A DNA stretch of 64,000 nt from Clostridia bacterium (GCA_045537285.1 JAZSPC010000050.1:31358-95357); one strand, 5' to 3'. Positions 22,184 to 33,042 are shown, numbered from the stretch's first letter. Numbers and translations are program-made. Notes: generated by a model from the sequence alone, not told the origin.

Positions 22184-23026
22184 ATGAAGATAGTATATAG
22201 AATGGGTGCATATGATATATTAAGAGCAAAAGATTTACAAGATTTAGATAAAGAAATTCAGATGAGTAAAGAATTTGATCCTGATTGTATCTTCGCATTA
22301 GGAATATATGATGATAATTTGTGTCAAGCGCTAGGTATGAATAGACCTATAAAATCAACTGAGGATAGGGCTAAAATAATGGAACAAATTAGAGGAGTTG
22401 ATTTTACATTTTCAGTTCCTAGCACAGATGTTGCAATACAGGAAAGCAGGCTAAGAGAAGCATATTTGGAATTTAGAAAGAAAAAAGAACAAGAGGAGAT
22501 AAAGGGCGAAAGCGCAAAAAAATATAAAGTTGGTTATGCACCAGGAACCTATGATTTATTTCATTTAGGGCATTTAGAAAATATATTAGAAGCAGCTAAA
22601 CAAAGTGAGTTTTTGATAGTTGGTGTAAAAGATGACGAATTAGTTATGTCTCATAAAAATAAATATCCAATTATATCAGCAGAAGAAAGAATGGAAATAT
22701 TAAGACATTTTAAAGTTGTAAATGATGTTTATAGATATTATGTAAGAGATCTACATATGGCAAACGCATGGATAGAATCAAAATATGGAAGCGAAGCTGA
22801 TGCAGTATTTATGGGATCGGATTTAAAGAATGATTTTAAAGATGTAAAAGATATTAATATTGTATTTACGGAAAGACCACCAGAACTTATGAAAATGCGT
22901 TCATCAACTGCTTTAAGAACATTATATTTAGGACATGAAAAAGGAAGAGAATATACTGGTAAAGATGTAAGAAAAATGTTAGAAGAACAAAAAAGCACAA
23001 ATAATCCAGATAAAGATGAACGTTAA
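22184..23026 (+). CDS. cytidylyltransferase-like (HxGH nucleotidyltransferase) protein with degenerate N-terminal duplicate domain
   Basis: GTYDLFHLGH (TagD/CTP-transferase HxGH motif) at residues about 120-130. The N-terminal 110 aa resemble a degenerate copy (MGAYDIL). Confidence 0.5.
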   Translation: MKIVYRMGAYDILRAKDLQDLDKEIQMSKEFDPDCIFALGIYDDNLCQALGMNRPIKSTEDRAKIMEQIRGVDFTFSVPSTDVAIQESRLREAYLEFRKKKEQEEIKGESAKKYKVGYAPGTYDLFHLGHLENILEAAKQSEFLIVGVKDDELVMSHKNKYPIISAEERMEILRHFKVVNDVYRYYVRDLHMANAWIESKYGSEADAVFMGSDLKNDFKDVKDINIVFTERPPELMKMRSSTALRTLYLGHEKGREYTGKDVRKMLEEQKSTNNPDKDER

Positions 23027-23111
23027 TAAATATTCATTATACATAAATAAAAAATAAAAAATTGGTAAAAATAATATCCATAAAGTATTATAACTAAAAA
23101 CGGAGGTTTTT

Positions 23112-23738
23112 ATGAAAAAATATTTATGGATATTTTTAATTTTAGGTTTAGCAGTTGGAATTGGAGCATTTGCACTAAATAGTAATCAAGAAGAAAATTA
23201 TAATGCTACAAGAACAGGAACAAATATTAATAATGAAAATTCAGGCATAACTAACTTTATGGTTGGATTAGGAAATAATTATACAGAACAATTAATTTCG
23301 GAATTTTCAACTAGATTACCAAATGATACAGAAGCAAGAGATTCGAATATTGAACTTGCTTGTAATACTCTTAATGGAACAGTAGTAAAAAGTGGAGAAA
23401 CTTTTTCTTTTTGGGATAACTTAGGTGCAACTACAAAAGAAAAAGGATATAAAAAAGCAAAAACATTTACATCAGATGGAGAAACAATACAATCTTATGG
23501 TGGAGGAGTATGTCAAGTAAGTACTACTATATATAATGCTGTACTAGATGTAGAAGGATTAAAAGTAACAGAAAGACATGAACATAGTAAAGACGTTCCA
23601 TATATAGAAGATGGAAAAGATGCAGCAGTTGCATATAACACTAGTGATTTAAAATTTAAAAATACATTAGACTATGATATACGAATAGATGCAAGAGTAG
23701 AAAATAGACGAGTAAAAATTAGTTTAGTAAGAATATGA
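23112..23738 (+). CDS. VanW-family protein (membrane-anchored)
   Basis: GGGVCQVSTTIYNA VanW signature. N-terminal TM. Confidence 0.6.
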   Translation: MKKYLWIFLILGLAVGIGAFALNSNQEENYNATRTGTNINNENSGITNFMVGLGNNYTEQLISEFSTRLPNDTEARDSNIELACNTLNGTVVKSGETFSFWDNLGATTKEKGYKKAKTFTSDGETIQSYGGGVCQVSTTIYNAVLDVEGLKVTERHEHSKDVPYIEDGKDAAVAYNTSDLKFKNTLDYDIRIDARVENRRVKISLVRI

Positions 23739-23782
23739 TAATAAAGTAGAGAATATAATTGTATAAAATAAGGAGGCAAAAT

Positions 23783-24997
23783 ATGAAAACAAAAACAATT
23801 ATATTCTCTATAATTTTTACAATCTTAATCTCTTCTATTAGTTTTGCAACCGGTGCAGTATATGTATGGTCGGATACTAAAACAGAAGATGCATTAGAAA
23901 TTATTTCGGAAGCAGTTGATAATAACTCATTAAATTTAGAATCAGGTTCTGCAATATTAATAGACCAATTAACAGGAAAAATACTATATTCTCACAATGC
24001 ACATGAACAATTAAGACCAGCCAGTGTTACAAAAGTAATGAGTATATTATTAATCATGGAAGCGCTAGATAGTGGAAAAATAACTATGGAAACACCAATT
24101 CCGTGTAGTGAGAATGCTCACTCAATGGGTGGGTCACAGATTTGGTTGGACACAACAGAAAACCTAAGTGTGAGAGATATGTTAAAATCAATATGTGTAG
24201 TATCTGCAAATGATTGTACCGTTGCAATGGCAGAGTATTTAGCTGGTTCGGAAGAAGCATTTGTTCAAATGATGAATACAAAAGCAAAACAATTAGGAAT
24301 GAATGATACAACATTTAAGAATTGCCACGGAATAGATGAAGATGGGCATGTTACTTCTAGTTATGATATAGCATTAATGTCAAGAGAACTTTTACAAAAT
24401 CATCCTAGTATTACAGAATTTACAACAATATGGATGGACTCAATAAGAGATGGGAAATCGGAGCTTGTAAATACAAACAAATTAATTAGAAATTATCAAG
24501 GCGCTACTGGTTTAAAAACAGGGTCAACTTCAATTGCACTATATAATCTTTCCGCATCTGCAACAAGGGATGGATTATCCTTAATTGCAGTAATTATGAA
24601 AGCACCAACAACAAAAATAAGGTTTAGTGAAGCTACAAAATTATTAGATTATGGTTTTGCAAATTATACAAGCAAAAGTTTTGGTAGTAAAGGAGATATA
24701 ATTCAAACAGTAAATATTAATAAAGGAATTGAGTCAAAAGTAAATGTAACATTAGAAGAAGATGCGTGTGTGCTAATAAAAAAAGGAGATACAGGAAATA
24801 TAACTCAAAATGTAGTTATAGACACGAATATACAAGCACCAATAAAAAACGGAGATGTTTTAGGTACAATTCAATATAAATCAGGTGAAGATATAATATT
24901 AGAGAGAAAACTACTGGCGCAAAATGATGTAGCCAAAACTACATTATGGAATATAACTACAAATTTATATGAAAAATGGTTTAATATGTGTAGGTAA
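23783..24997 (+). CDS. dacB: D-alanyl-D-alanine carboxypeptidase (PBP5/DacB-DacF type)
   Basis: SVTK (SxxK) active site, SAND (SxN motif), and KTGST motif. Signal peptide. AAGGAGG RBS before the ATG at 23783. Confidence 0.8.
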   Translation: MKTKTIIFSIIFTILISSISFATGAVYVWSDTKTEDALEIISEAVDNNSLNLESGSAILIDQLTGKILYSHNAHEQLRPASVTKVMSILLIMEALDSGKITMETPIPCSENAHSMGGSQIWLDTTENLSVRDMLKSICVVSANDCTVAMAEYLAGSEEAFVQMMNTKAKQLGMNDTTFKNCHGIDEDGHVTSSYDIALMSRELLQNHPSITEFTTIWMDSIRDGKSELVNTNKLIRNYQGATGLKTGSTSIALYNLSASATRDGLSLIAVIMKAPTTKIRFSEATKLLDYGFANYTSKSFGSKGDIIQTVNINKGIESKVNVTLEEDACVLIKKGDTGNITQNVVIDTNIQAPIKNGDVLGTIQYKSGEDIILERKLLAQNDVAKTTLWNITTNLYEKWFNMCR

Positions 24998-25004
24998 AAC
25001 AATA

Positions 25005-25035
25005 AGCAAATGACCCTTTTGGGTCATTTGCTATT
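25005..25035 (+). terminator. terminator after dacB-like gene
   Basis: 11-bp stem gcaaatgaccc/gggtcatttgc. Confidence 0.6.
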
Positions 25036-25094
25036 GACAAATATTAAAAAAGTGATATAATTAAATAGTAGTTTAAATTTAGGAGTAATAAAAA

Positions 25095-25244
25095 ATGATA
25101 GCTAAACATTGGAAAAAAATAGGATTAATAATATTAGTATTTTGTTGTTTATACAATGTAATGTCTAAAATAGTAAAAAGAACATCACTAAATCAAGAAC
25201 TAAAACAAACAGCAGAATATGTATTAAATGAAGAAAATAAGTAA
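25095..25244 (+). CDS. hypothetical 49-aa small membrane protein
   Basis: Short ORF with AGGAG RBS and one hydrophobic segment. Below the ORF-track cutoff. Confidence 0.2.
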   Translation: MIAKHWKKIGLIILVFCCLYNVMSKIVKRTSLNQELKQTAEYVLNEENK

Positions 25245-25252
25245 AAAAAGTC

Positions 25253-25282
25253 TTGAAAAAAGATTAAATATATGTTAGAATA
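25253..25282 (+). promoter_or_regulatory. promoter TTGAAA-17-TAGAAT for rpmE
   Basis: cttgaaaaaagattaaatatatgttagaat. Confidence 0.4.
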
Positions 25283-25329
25283 TTAAACGATATTTTTTAA
25301 AAAGATTAAGAAAGAGGTGAATATACATA

Positions 25330-25530
25330 ATGAAAGCAGAATTACACCCAGAATTTAATGAAGCAAAAGTAATATGTGCATGCGGAAACGTAATAGAAAC
25401 AAAATCAACAAAAAAAGAAATAAAAGTTGATGTTTGCTCAAAATGTCACCCATTTTGGACAGGTAATTTAAAACAAAATACAACAGGTGGTAGAGCAGAT
25501 AAATTTAAGAAAAAATATGGAATTCAATAA
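25330..25530 (+). CDS. rpmE: 50S ribosomal protein L31
   Basis: 66 aa with CxC...CxxCHPF zinc ribbon typical of L31. Confidence 0.85.
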   Translation: MKAELHPEFNEAKVICACGNVIETKSTKKEIKVDVCSKCHPFWTGNLKQNTTGGRADKFKKKYGIQ

Positions 25531-25539
25531 TATATTTTT

Positions 25540-25568
25540 AGAAGTGCAAAAGCACTTCTTTTTTTATT
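25540..25568 (+). terminator. terminator after rpmE
   Basis: agaagtgc-aaa-gcacttct plus a T-run. Confidence 0.6.
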
Positions 25569-25641
25569 TGTTTGAAGATTAAAAATTCTTGTAAATTCTA
25601 CGGATATATGATAAAATGTATGATATATTGGAGGAATTTAC

Positions 25642-27021
25642 GTGCAAGAATTTGAAGAAATAGAAATACAAAAAGAGTATATAGAAAAAGTAAAAAATAT
25701 AAATACAGATAAGAATTTTAAATATCATATATTAACAATGGGATGTAGCTTAAATGAAAACGATTCAGAAAAAATATGTGGTATGTTAGAAGAAATGAAT
25801 TATACAAAAACAGAGAATATCAACGAAGCAAATTTTGTTGTATTTAATACTTGTTGTATAAGAGAAAATGCAGAAGATAAATTATTTGGTAAACTTGGAG
25901 AAGTTAAGAAAATTAAAAGAGAAAACAATGCAATAATAGCTATTGGCGGTTGTATGATGCAACAAGAACATATTATCCAAAAGATAAATGAAAGCTATCC
26001 TTATGTAGATATAATATTTGGAACACACACTCTTCATAAATTACCAGAGAATACTTACAAAAAATTAAATAATTCAAAGAAGATAAAAGACGTATTAGAT
26101 ATAGATGGAAAAGTGTACGAAGACCTGCCAATTAGAAGAAGTGATAAGGTAAAAGCACAAGTAACTATTATGTATGGATGTAACAATTTTTGTAGCTACT
26201 GTATAGTTCCATATGTTAGAGGAAGAGAAAGAAGCAGAAAACCAGAGAACATATTAAAAGAAATAAACGAATTAGCAAGTCAAGGATATAAAGAGATAAT
26301 GCTACTTGGCCAAAATGTTAATTCATATAATGGAGGAGAGGGGTACGGTTTTGCTCAACTATTAACTGAAATTAATAAAATTAACGGAATAGAAAGAATA
26401 CGCTTTATATCTCCACATCCAAAAGACTTTACAGATGATGTAATAGAAGTAATAGCAAAGTGTGAAAAAGTATGCAAAAGTGTACATTTACCCTTACAAT
26501 CTGGAAGTAGTAAAATATTAAAAGTAATGAATAGAAAATATACCAAAGAACAGTATTTAGAATTAGCATATAAAATAAAAGAAAAAATACCTAATGTAGC
26601 TTTGACTACTGATATTATAGTAGGTTTCCCAGGAGAAACAGAGGAGGACTTTGAAGATACGTTAGATGTTGTAGAAAAACTAAAATTTGACCAAGTCTTT
26701 ATGTTTATATATTCAAGAAGAAAAGGAACTGTTGCTGATACGATGAAAAATCAAATTCCAGAAGATATAAAACATAAAAGATTTAATAGATTAAAGGCAT
26801 TAGTAGAAAGCCAAATCGAAGATAATAACAAAAAATATATTGGAACTATTCAGAAGGTATTAATAGATGGTATAAGCAAGACAAATGAAAATACTTTAAG
26901 TGGTAGAACAGACAGTAATAAAGTTGTTGTTATAGAGGCTGATAAAAAATACATAGATAAAATAGTAGAGGTAAAAATAATAGAGGACTGTATGTGGTAT
27001 TTGAAGGGAGAAATAGTATGA
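25642..27021 (+). CDS. miaB: tRNA-i6A37 methylthiotransferase MiaB (radical SAM; GTG start)
   Basis: UPF0004 N-domain cysteines, CxxxCxxC radical-SAM motif (CSYCIVPY), TRAM C-terminus. Confidence 0.85.
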   Translation: MQEFEEIEIQKEYIEKVKNINTDKNFKYHILTMGCSLNENDSEKICGMLEEMNYTKTENINEANFVVFNTCCIRENAEDKLFGKLGEVKKIKRENNAIIAIGGCMMQQEHIIQKINESYPYVDIIFGTHTLHKLPENTYKKLNNSKKIKDVLDIDGKVYEDLPIRRSDKVKAQVTIMYGCNNFCSYCIVPYVRGRERSRKPENILKEINELASQGYKEIMLLGQNVNSYNGGEGYGFAQLLTEINKINGIERIRFISPHPKDFTDDVIEVIAKCEKVCKSVHLPLQSGSSKILKVMNRKYTKEQYLELAYKIKEKIPNVALTTDIIVGFPGETEEDFEDTLDVVEKLKFDQVFMFIYSRRKGTVADTMKNQIPEDIKHKRFNRLKALVESQIEDNNKKYIGTIQKVLIDGISKTNENTLSGRTDSNKVVVIEADKKYIDKIVEVKIIEDCMWYLKGEIV

Positions 27022-27754
27022 TAAAAATTTCAGTAGAAGAATTTGAATCTAGAATACAAGATGTAATAGATGGTAAATTATCTAGAATGGATTTAGTTCA
27101 AGAAATGCACACAGATATAAGACATTAAATAAAAAAATAATAGAAGAAATAAGTATAAATAATCCGGATTTATATATAGAGTACATTAAAAGATTTCCAT
27201 ACAAACAAAAAGAACGTAATGATTTAGATTATGAAGCACTTGTGATTGAAATGATAAAAGAAAGAACTCATACAATAGATGCAGCAAATAAATATAATGT
27301 TGGTGTGAGAACAATACAAAGAAGAGTTAATCAATTAGAAAAAGAAAATCCATATTTAATTAGTATATATAAAGAGGTAAAGAAAAATAATAAAAACAAT
27401 ATACCTTTAACAGAGGATATAGAAGAAAAAATATCTAAGTTGGTATCGAGACCTGTAAAAATAAGTGAGATAAATGATACGAGAAGAGAGCAGTTAGAAG
27501 AAATTGAAAGAATCTATAATAAAAGATGCCAATATTTATCAAAAACACAAGCGGCAGAAAGTATGGGATTTTCTATCAATAGAATATATAAGTCATTAAA
27601 TGAATTATATAGAATGAGAATAGAAGAAAACTATACAAAAATGGAAGGATCATTTAAAGAAAGCTTAAAAGTAGATGTACAACCACAGCCAAATACATTA
27701 TCAAACAATGATGAGAAAGTAGAACAAATAGTGAAAGAAGGAGAAGAAAAATAA
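27018..27754 (+). pseudogene. HTH-domain protein, apparently frameshifted (N-terminal 36-aa ORF in one frame, body in -1 frame from about 27086)
   Basis: Frames 27018-27128 and 27086-27754 overlap, and both encode sensible peptide. The body has two HTH-like segments. No start codon in the body frame before GTG 27242. Confidence 0.3.
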
Positions 27755-30364
27755 ATGGCAGAATATTCACCAATGATGCAACACTATCTTGATACAAAAG
27801 AGCAATATAAAGATTGTATATTGTTTTATAGATTAGGAGATTTTTATGAAATGTTCTTTGACGATGCGATAACAGCATCAAGAGAACTAGAACTTACTTT
27901 AACAGGTAAGGACTGTGGACAAGCTGAAAGAGCTCCTATGTGTGGAATTCCTTTTCATGCAGCAGAAGTATATATATCAAGATTAATTGGCAAAGGATAT
28001 AAAGTGGCAATTTGTGAGCAATTAGAAGATGCAAAAGAAGCAAAAGGAATTGTAAGAAGAGATGTTATAAGAGTAGTAACACCTGGAACTGTAATTGAAT
28101 CAAATATGCTAGATGAAAAGAAAAACAATTATATCATGTCTATATATAAAAATGGACTTTTCTTTGGTATGGCTGTTTGTGATATATCAACAGGAGATTT
28201 CTTTTCCACTCAAATTAAACAATCAAACAATTTTGCAAAACTATTAGATGAAATATCAAGATATTCACCAGCAGAAATAGTCGTAAATGAGATGTTGTTT
28301 GCTTCAACAGAGGAAGTAAATAAAATAAGAGAAAGATTTGAATGTTATGTTTCAAGAGTGGAAAATGCAAAATTTGAAAGTGATTATGAAGCAATTGTAG
28401 AAGAATATGATATATATTGTGAAGGTAAAAGGTTAGATAATATAGAAGAAAAAATGTTATCAGTTATATCTTCAAATGGACTTTTAAATTATTTAAAAGA
28501 TACTCAAAAAATAGAATTAGAACATATTAATAAAATTAACATATACAATGTAGAAAAATATATGTCTATTGATTTAAATACAAGAAGAAATTTAGAGCTT
28601 ACAGAAAAAATGAGAGATAAATCTAAAAAAGGAACTCTACTGTGGGTACTAGATAAAACAGCAACATCAATGGGTGGAAGAATGTTAAGAAGATGGATAA
28701 ATGATCCATTAATAGATGTATTAGAGATTAATAACAGATTAGATGCAGTGAAAGAATTAGTAGGAAGCCAAATGCTTAAAGGTGAAGTAGTAGATAGCCT
28801 AAAAAAAGTGTATGACATTGAAAGATTAATAGGAAAAATTTCTTACGGGAATGCTAATGGTAGAGATTTAATATCGCTTAAAAATTCACTAGGACAATTA
28901 CCTGATTTAAAAAATGTTTTATCAAGAACATCATCAAAATTGCTACAAAATCTATATGCTGATTTAGATGAATTAAAAGATGTATATAGTTTAATTGATG
29001 CAGCAATAGTTGAAGAACCACCAATATCTGTAAAAGAAGGTGGGTTAATAAAGTTAGGATATAACGAAGAAATAGATGGATATAAGAAAGCTTCAACAGA
29101 AGGTAAAAATTGGATTATAGAATTAGAAGCAAGAGAAAAAGAAGCAACAGGAATTAAAAACCTAAAAGTTGGATTTAACAAAGTTTTTGGATACTATATA
29201 GAAGTTACAAAATCATATTTATCACAAGTACCAGATACATATATTAGAAAACAAACATTAACTGGTGGAGAGAGATATATAACAGAAGAACTTAAAGAAT
29301 TAGAAGAAAAAACATTAGGAGCACAAGAAAAACTAGTAGACTTAGAATACAAAGTATTCCAAGAAATAAGAGCAAGTATTTCTAGTCAAATTCAAAGAAT
29401 ACAAAAAACTGCAAATATTGTTTCAACATTAGACGTAATAGCATCATTTGCAACAGTTGCTATTGACTTAAATTATGTTATGCCAATAGTAGATAATAGT
29501 GGAGAGATAGATATAAGAGATGGTAGACATCCTGTAATAGAAAAAATGTTACCATCTGGAAGCTTTATCGAAAACGATACATATTTAAACAAAGAAAGTG
29601 ATAGACTATCAATAATTACAGGTCCTAATATGGCTGGTAAATCAACATATATGAGACAAGTAGCTTTAATAACACTTATGGCTCAAATAGGAAGCTTTGT
29701 ACCAGCAAGTTATGCTAAAATAGGAGTTGTAGATAAGATATTTACAAGAGTTGGTGCATCAGATGATTTAAGCATGGGACAAAGTACATTTATGGTAGAA
29801 ATGATGGAAGTTGCAAACATACTAAAAGAATCTACTAACAATAGTTTAGTAATATTAGACGAAATAGGAAGAGGAACATCAACATATGATGGATTATCTA
29901 TCGCATGGGCTGTTGCAGAATATATTTCAAACAAAGAAAAATGTGGAGCAAAAACTCTATTTGCGACACACTATCATGAATTAACTGAACTTGAAAACAA
30001 GTTAGAAGGTGTAAAAAACTATTCTATTGCAGTAAAAGAAAAAGGTGAAGATATAATCTTTTTGAGAAAAATTGTAAAAGGTGGAACAGACGAAAGCTAT
30101 GGTATTCACGTTGCTAAACTTGCGGGAGTTCCACAAGATGTAGTAAAAAGTGCAAATGAAATATTAAAAGGCTTAGAAAGAAAGAGCATATTAATAAATA
30201 AAGGTAAAGAAAAAGAAGATAAAAAAGTAGTATCAGGACAACTTGATATGTATAATTACAAGTTAGCAGATATAGCTCACGAGCTAGATAAAATAAATGT
30301 TAATGAAATAACACCAATAGATGCTTTAAATATACTTTTAAAATTAAAAGAAGCGGCATCATAG
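27755..30364 (+). CDS. mutS: DNA mismatch repair protein MutS
   Basis: Full-length MutS with Walker A GPNMAGKST. 869 aa. Confidence 0.95.
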   Translation: MAEYSPMMQHYLDTKEQYKDCILFYRLGDFYEMFFDDAITASRELELTLTGKDCGQAERAPMCGIPFHAAEVYISRLIGKGYKVAICEQLEDAKEAKGIVRRDVIRVVTPGTVIESNMLDEKKNNYIMSIYKNGLFFGMAVCDISTGDFFSTQIKQSNNFAKLLDEISRYSPAEIVVNEMLFASTEEVNKIRERFECYVSRVENAKFESDYEAIVEEYDIYCEGKRLDNIEEKMLSVISSNGLLNYLKDTQKIELEHINKINIYNVEKYMSIDLNTRRNLELTEKMRDKSKKGTLLWVLDKTATSMGGRMLRRWINDPLIDVLEINNRLDAVKELVGSQMLKGEVVDSLKKVYDIERLIGKISYGNANGRDLISLKNSLGQLPDLKNVLSRTSSKLLQNLYADLDELKDVYSLIDAAIVEEPPISVKEGGLIKLGYNEEIDGYKKASTEGKNWIIELEAREKEATGIKNLKVGFNKVFGYYIEVTKSYLSQVPDTYIRKQTLTGGERYITEELKELEEKTLGAQEKLVDLEYKVFQEIRASISSQIQRIQKTANIVSTLDVIASFATVAIDLNYVMPIVDNSGEIDIRDGRHPVIEKMLPSGSFIENDTYLNKESDRLSIITGPNMAGKSTYMRQVALITLMAQIGSFVPASYAKIGVVDKIFTRVGASDDLSMGQSTFMVEMMEVANILKESTNNSLVILDEIGRGTSTYDGLSIAWAVAEYISNKEKCGAKTLFATHYHELTELENKLEGVKNYSIAVKEKGEDIIFLRKIVKGGTDESYGIHVAKLAGVPQDVVKSANEILKGLERKSILINKGKEKEDKKVVSGQLDMYNYKLADIAHELDKINVNEITPIDALNILLKLKEAAS

Positions 30365-30425
30365 GTTGACTTTAAATACTTATGAATATATAATTATATT
30401 CATATTAAAAAGGAGAATACGATTC

Positions 30426-32006
30426 ATGGAAGATAAGAAGAAATTTTATATAACTACACCCATATATTATCCAAGTGGTAAATTTCATATTGGTACAGCA
30501 TATTGCGAGACATTAGTTGATTGTATAAAAAGGTATAAAACATTAAGAGGTTTTGATACATATTATCTAACTGGTTTAGATGAACATGGTCAAAAAATAC
30601 AAGCAGTTGCTGAAAAAAGAGGATTAACTCCACAAGAGCACGTAGATGATATGGCTAAGCAAGCTATCAAACTATGGGATTTAATGGACATTCAGTATGA
30701 TGACTTTATTAGAACAACTGATGAAAGACACGTAAAAGCAGTAGAAAAAATAGTTAAAACATTTATGGATAATGGAGATATCTATAAAGGTGAATATGAA
30801 GGTTGGTATTGTATGCCATGTGAAAACTACTTTACAGAAACACAATTAGTAGATGGAAAATGTCCTGATTGTGGTAGAGAAGTAAAAAAGATGAAAGAAG
30901 AAGCATATTTCTTCAATATGAAAAAATATGAACAATGGCTTAAAGATTTTTATGCAGAGAATACAGAATTTATAGTACCAGAATCTAGAAAAAATGAAAT
31001 ATTTAAAAACTTTATAGACCCAGGGCTAGAAGATTTGTGCATTAGTCGTTGTACGTTTGATTGGGGAATTAAACTTCCTGATAATCCAAAACATGTTCTA
31101 TATGTATGGTTAGATGCTCTAACAAACTATATAACAGCTCTTGGATATATGTCAGATGATGATACATTATTTAAAAAATACTGGCCAGCAGATTTACATG
31201 TTGTTGGAAAAGAAATAATAAGATTCCATGGAATATATTGGCCAATTTTCTTACATGCATTAGGATTAGAACTTCCTAAAAAACTATATGCACATAGCTG
31301 GATTGTAATGAAAGATGGTAAAATGTCTAAGTCAGTTGGAAATGTTATTTACCCAGAAACATTAATAGAAAGATATGGATTAGATGCAACAAAATATTAT
31401 CTATTACGTTTAATGAGTTTTGCACAAGATTCAATGTTTACACCAGAAGATTTTGTTGAAAGATTTAATTCAGACTTAGCAAATGACTTAGGAAATCTTT
31501 TAAATAGAACAATAGGAATGATTAACAAGTATTATGGCGGTGAAATACCAACAGATATTACAGAAAAAACAGAATTTGATTCTGTTTTACAAGAATTTGC
31601 AAAAGAGCAAATAGCAAAGGTAGAAGAATATATGGATAGTTACCGTGTAAGTGCTGCTATACAAGAATTATGGAGATATATTGCTAGAACAAATAAATAT
31701 ATAGACGAAACAGCTCCTTGGGTACTTGCAAAAGAAGGAAAAGAAGAATTAAAATCTGTAATGTTTAACTTAGCAGAAGCTTTACGAAAAATAGCAATAA
31801 TGTCAGCACCATTTATTCCAGAATCATCTAAGAAAATATTAAATCAATTAGGAATAGATGAAAAAGATGCTACTTGGGATAGTTTATACAACTTTGATGT
31901 TATTAGGCCAGGAACAAAAGTAATTGCACAAGGTGAACCATTATTTGTAAGACTTGATAAAGAGGAAGAAATTGAATATATTAAAGCTGCGATGAGTGGA
32001 AAATAA
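30426..32006 (+). CDS. metG: methionyl-tRNA synthetase, short form (no C-terminal tRNA-binding domain)
   Basis: HIGTAY (HIGH) and KMSKS motifs, CxxC...CxxC zinc knuckle. ATG at 30426 with AAAGGAG RBS. Confidence 0.85.
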   Translation: MEDKKKFYITTPIYYPSGKFHIGTAYCETLVDCIKRYKTLRGFDTYYLTGLDEHGQKIQAVAEKRGLTPQEHVDDMAKQAIKLWDLMDIQYDDFIRTTDERHVKAVEKIVKTFMDNGDIYKGEYEGWYCMPCENYFTETQLVDGKCPDCGREVKKMKEEAYFFNMKKYEQWLKDFYAENTEFIVPESRKNEIFKNFIDPGLEDLCISRCTFDWGIKLPDNPKHVLYVWLDALTNYITALGYMSDDDTLFKKYWPADLHVVGKEIIRFHGIYWPIFLHALGLELPKKLYAHSWIVMKDGKMSKSVGNVIYPETLIERYGLDATKYYLLRLMSFAQDSMFTPEDFVERFNSDLANDLGNLLNRTIGMINKYYGGEIPTDITEKTEFDSVLQEFAKEQIAKVEEYMDSYRVSAAIQELWRYIARTNKYIDETAPWVLAKEGKEELKSVMFNLAEALRKIAIMSAPFIPESSKKILNQLGIDEKDATWDSLYNFDVIRPGTKVIAQGEPLFVRLDKEEEIEYIKAAMSGK

Positions 32007-32008
32007 GA

Positions 32009-32040
32009 TTTAAGGTGATAATTTGTCACCTTAAATTTTT
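32009..32040 (+). terminator. terminator hairpin after metG (copy 1 of GGTGnTAATTTGTCACC hairpin family)
   Basis: ttaaggtga-taatttg-tcaccttaa followed by a T-run. Confidence 0.5.
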
Positions 32041-32061
32041 TATATAACCACACAAAACTTA

Positions 32062-32090
32062 TTGACAAAGCAAAACAAATGTTTTATAAT
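32062..32090 (+). promoter_or_regulatory. sigma-A promoter TTGACA-17-TATAAT upstream of ORF6N gene
   Basis: Perfect consensus hexamers. Confidence 0.5.
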
Positions 32091-32111
32091 TGCCGTAACA
32101 AAAGTTAAGGA

Positions 32112-33041
32112 GTGGTAATTATAGAAGATAATAAAGAACTAATAGAAAAAGAAGTTGATAATGTAGCATATGAAAATATAGATATAAAAAGCTTAATTTA
32201 TACTATAAGGGGAAAACAAGTAATGTTAGATAATGATGTCGCAAGATTATATCATTGCGAAACTAAATATGTGAATCGTGTAGTGAAAAGGAATATAGAA
32301 AGATTTCCAGAGGAATTTTGTTTTCAATTAAATGATAAAGAATTTCAAAACTTGAGGTGCTAATTTGTCACCTCAAGTTTTGAAGAACAAAACTATGGTG
32401 GGAGAAGATATCTACCATATGTTTTTACAGAGCAAGGAATTGCAATGTTATCAGCCTTATTAAAAAGTGACATTGCTATAAATGTAAGTATAAATATTAT
32501 GAAAGCTTTTATAGAAATGCGAAAGTTCATAGCAAATAATGGACATATTTTTGAAAGATTTGAAAAAATAGAATATAAATTATTAGAACTTGATAATAAA
32601 TTTAATGAGATGTTTAATGAATTACAAAAAGGTAAGAATGAAGAATTCAAGCAACATATATTTTTTGATGGTCAAATTTATGATGCATATAGTTTAATAG
32701 TATATATAATAAAAAGTGCAAAAACAAAGATATTAATTATAGATAATTACATAGATGATAGTATATTAAAAATACTAACCAAGAAAAATAAAGATGTAAA
32801 AGTTATTATAATAACATCAGAAAAAAGTAATATAGCCAAGCTGGATATACAAAAATTTAATAAACAGTATCCTATATTAGAAATAGCCAAAACAAACAAA
32901 TTTCATGACAGATTTATTGTAATAGATAATAAAGAGCTGTATCATATTGGAGCATCATTAAAAGATTTAGGTAAGAAATGCTTTGCGATATCTAAAATAC
33001 AAGATAAAGAATATATAAATAGATTGGAAAAAGTAGTATAA
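32112..33041 (+). pseudogene. ORF6N-domain (KilA-N-like) protein gene interrupted by in-frame TAA at 32361-32363
   Basis: ORFs 32112-32363 and 32445-33041 are in the same frame. Translation across the stop gives NLRC*FVTSS..GGRRYLPYVFTEQGIAMLS, the ORF6N domain. The C-terminal part has FHDRFIVID. Confidence 0.55.
32349..32379 (+). repeat. hairpin copy 2 (aacttgaggtg-ctaatttg-tcacctcaagtt) containing the premature TAA
   Basis: Shares a 17-nt core (GGTGnTAATTTGTCACC) with the metG terminator. Confidence 0.45.
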
Positions 33042-33042
33042 A

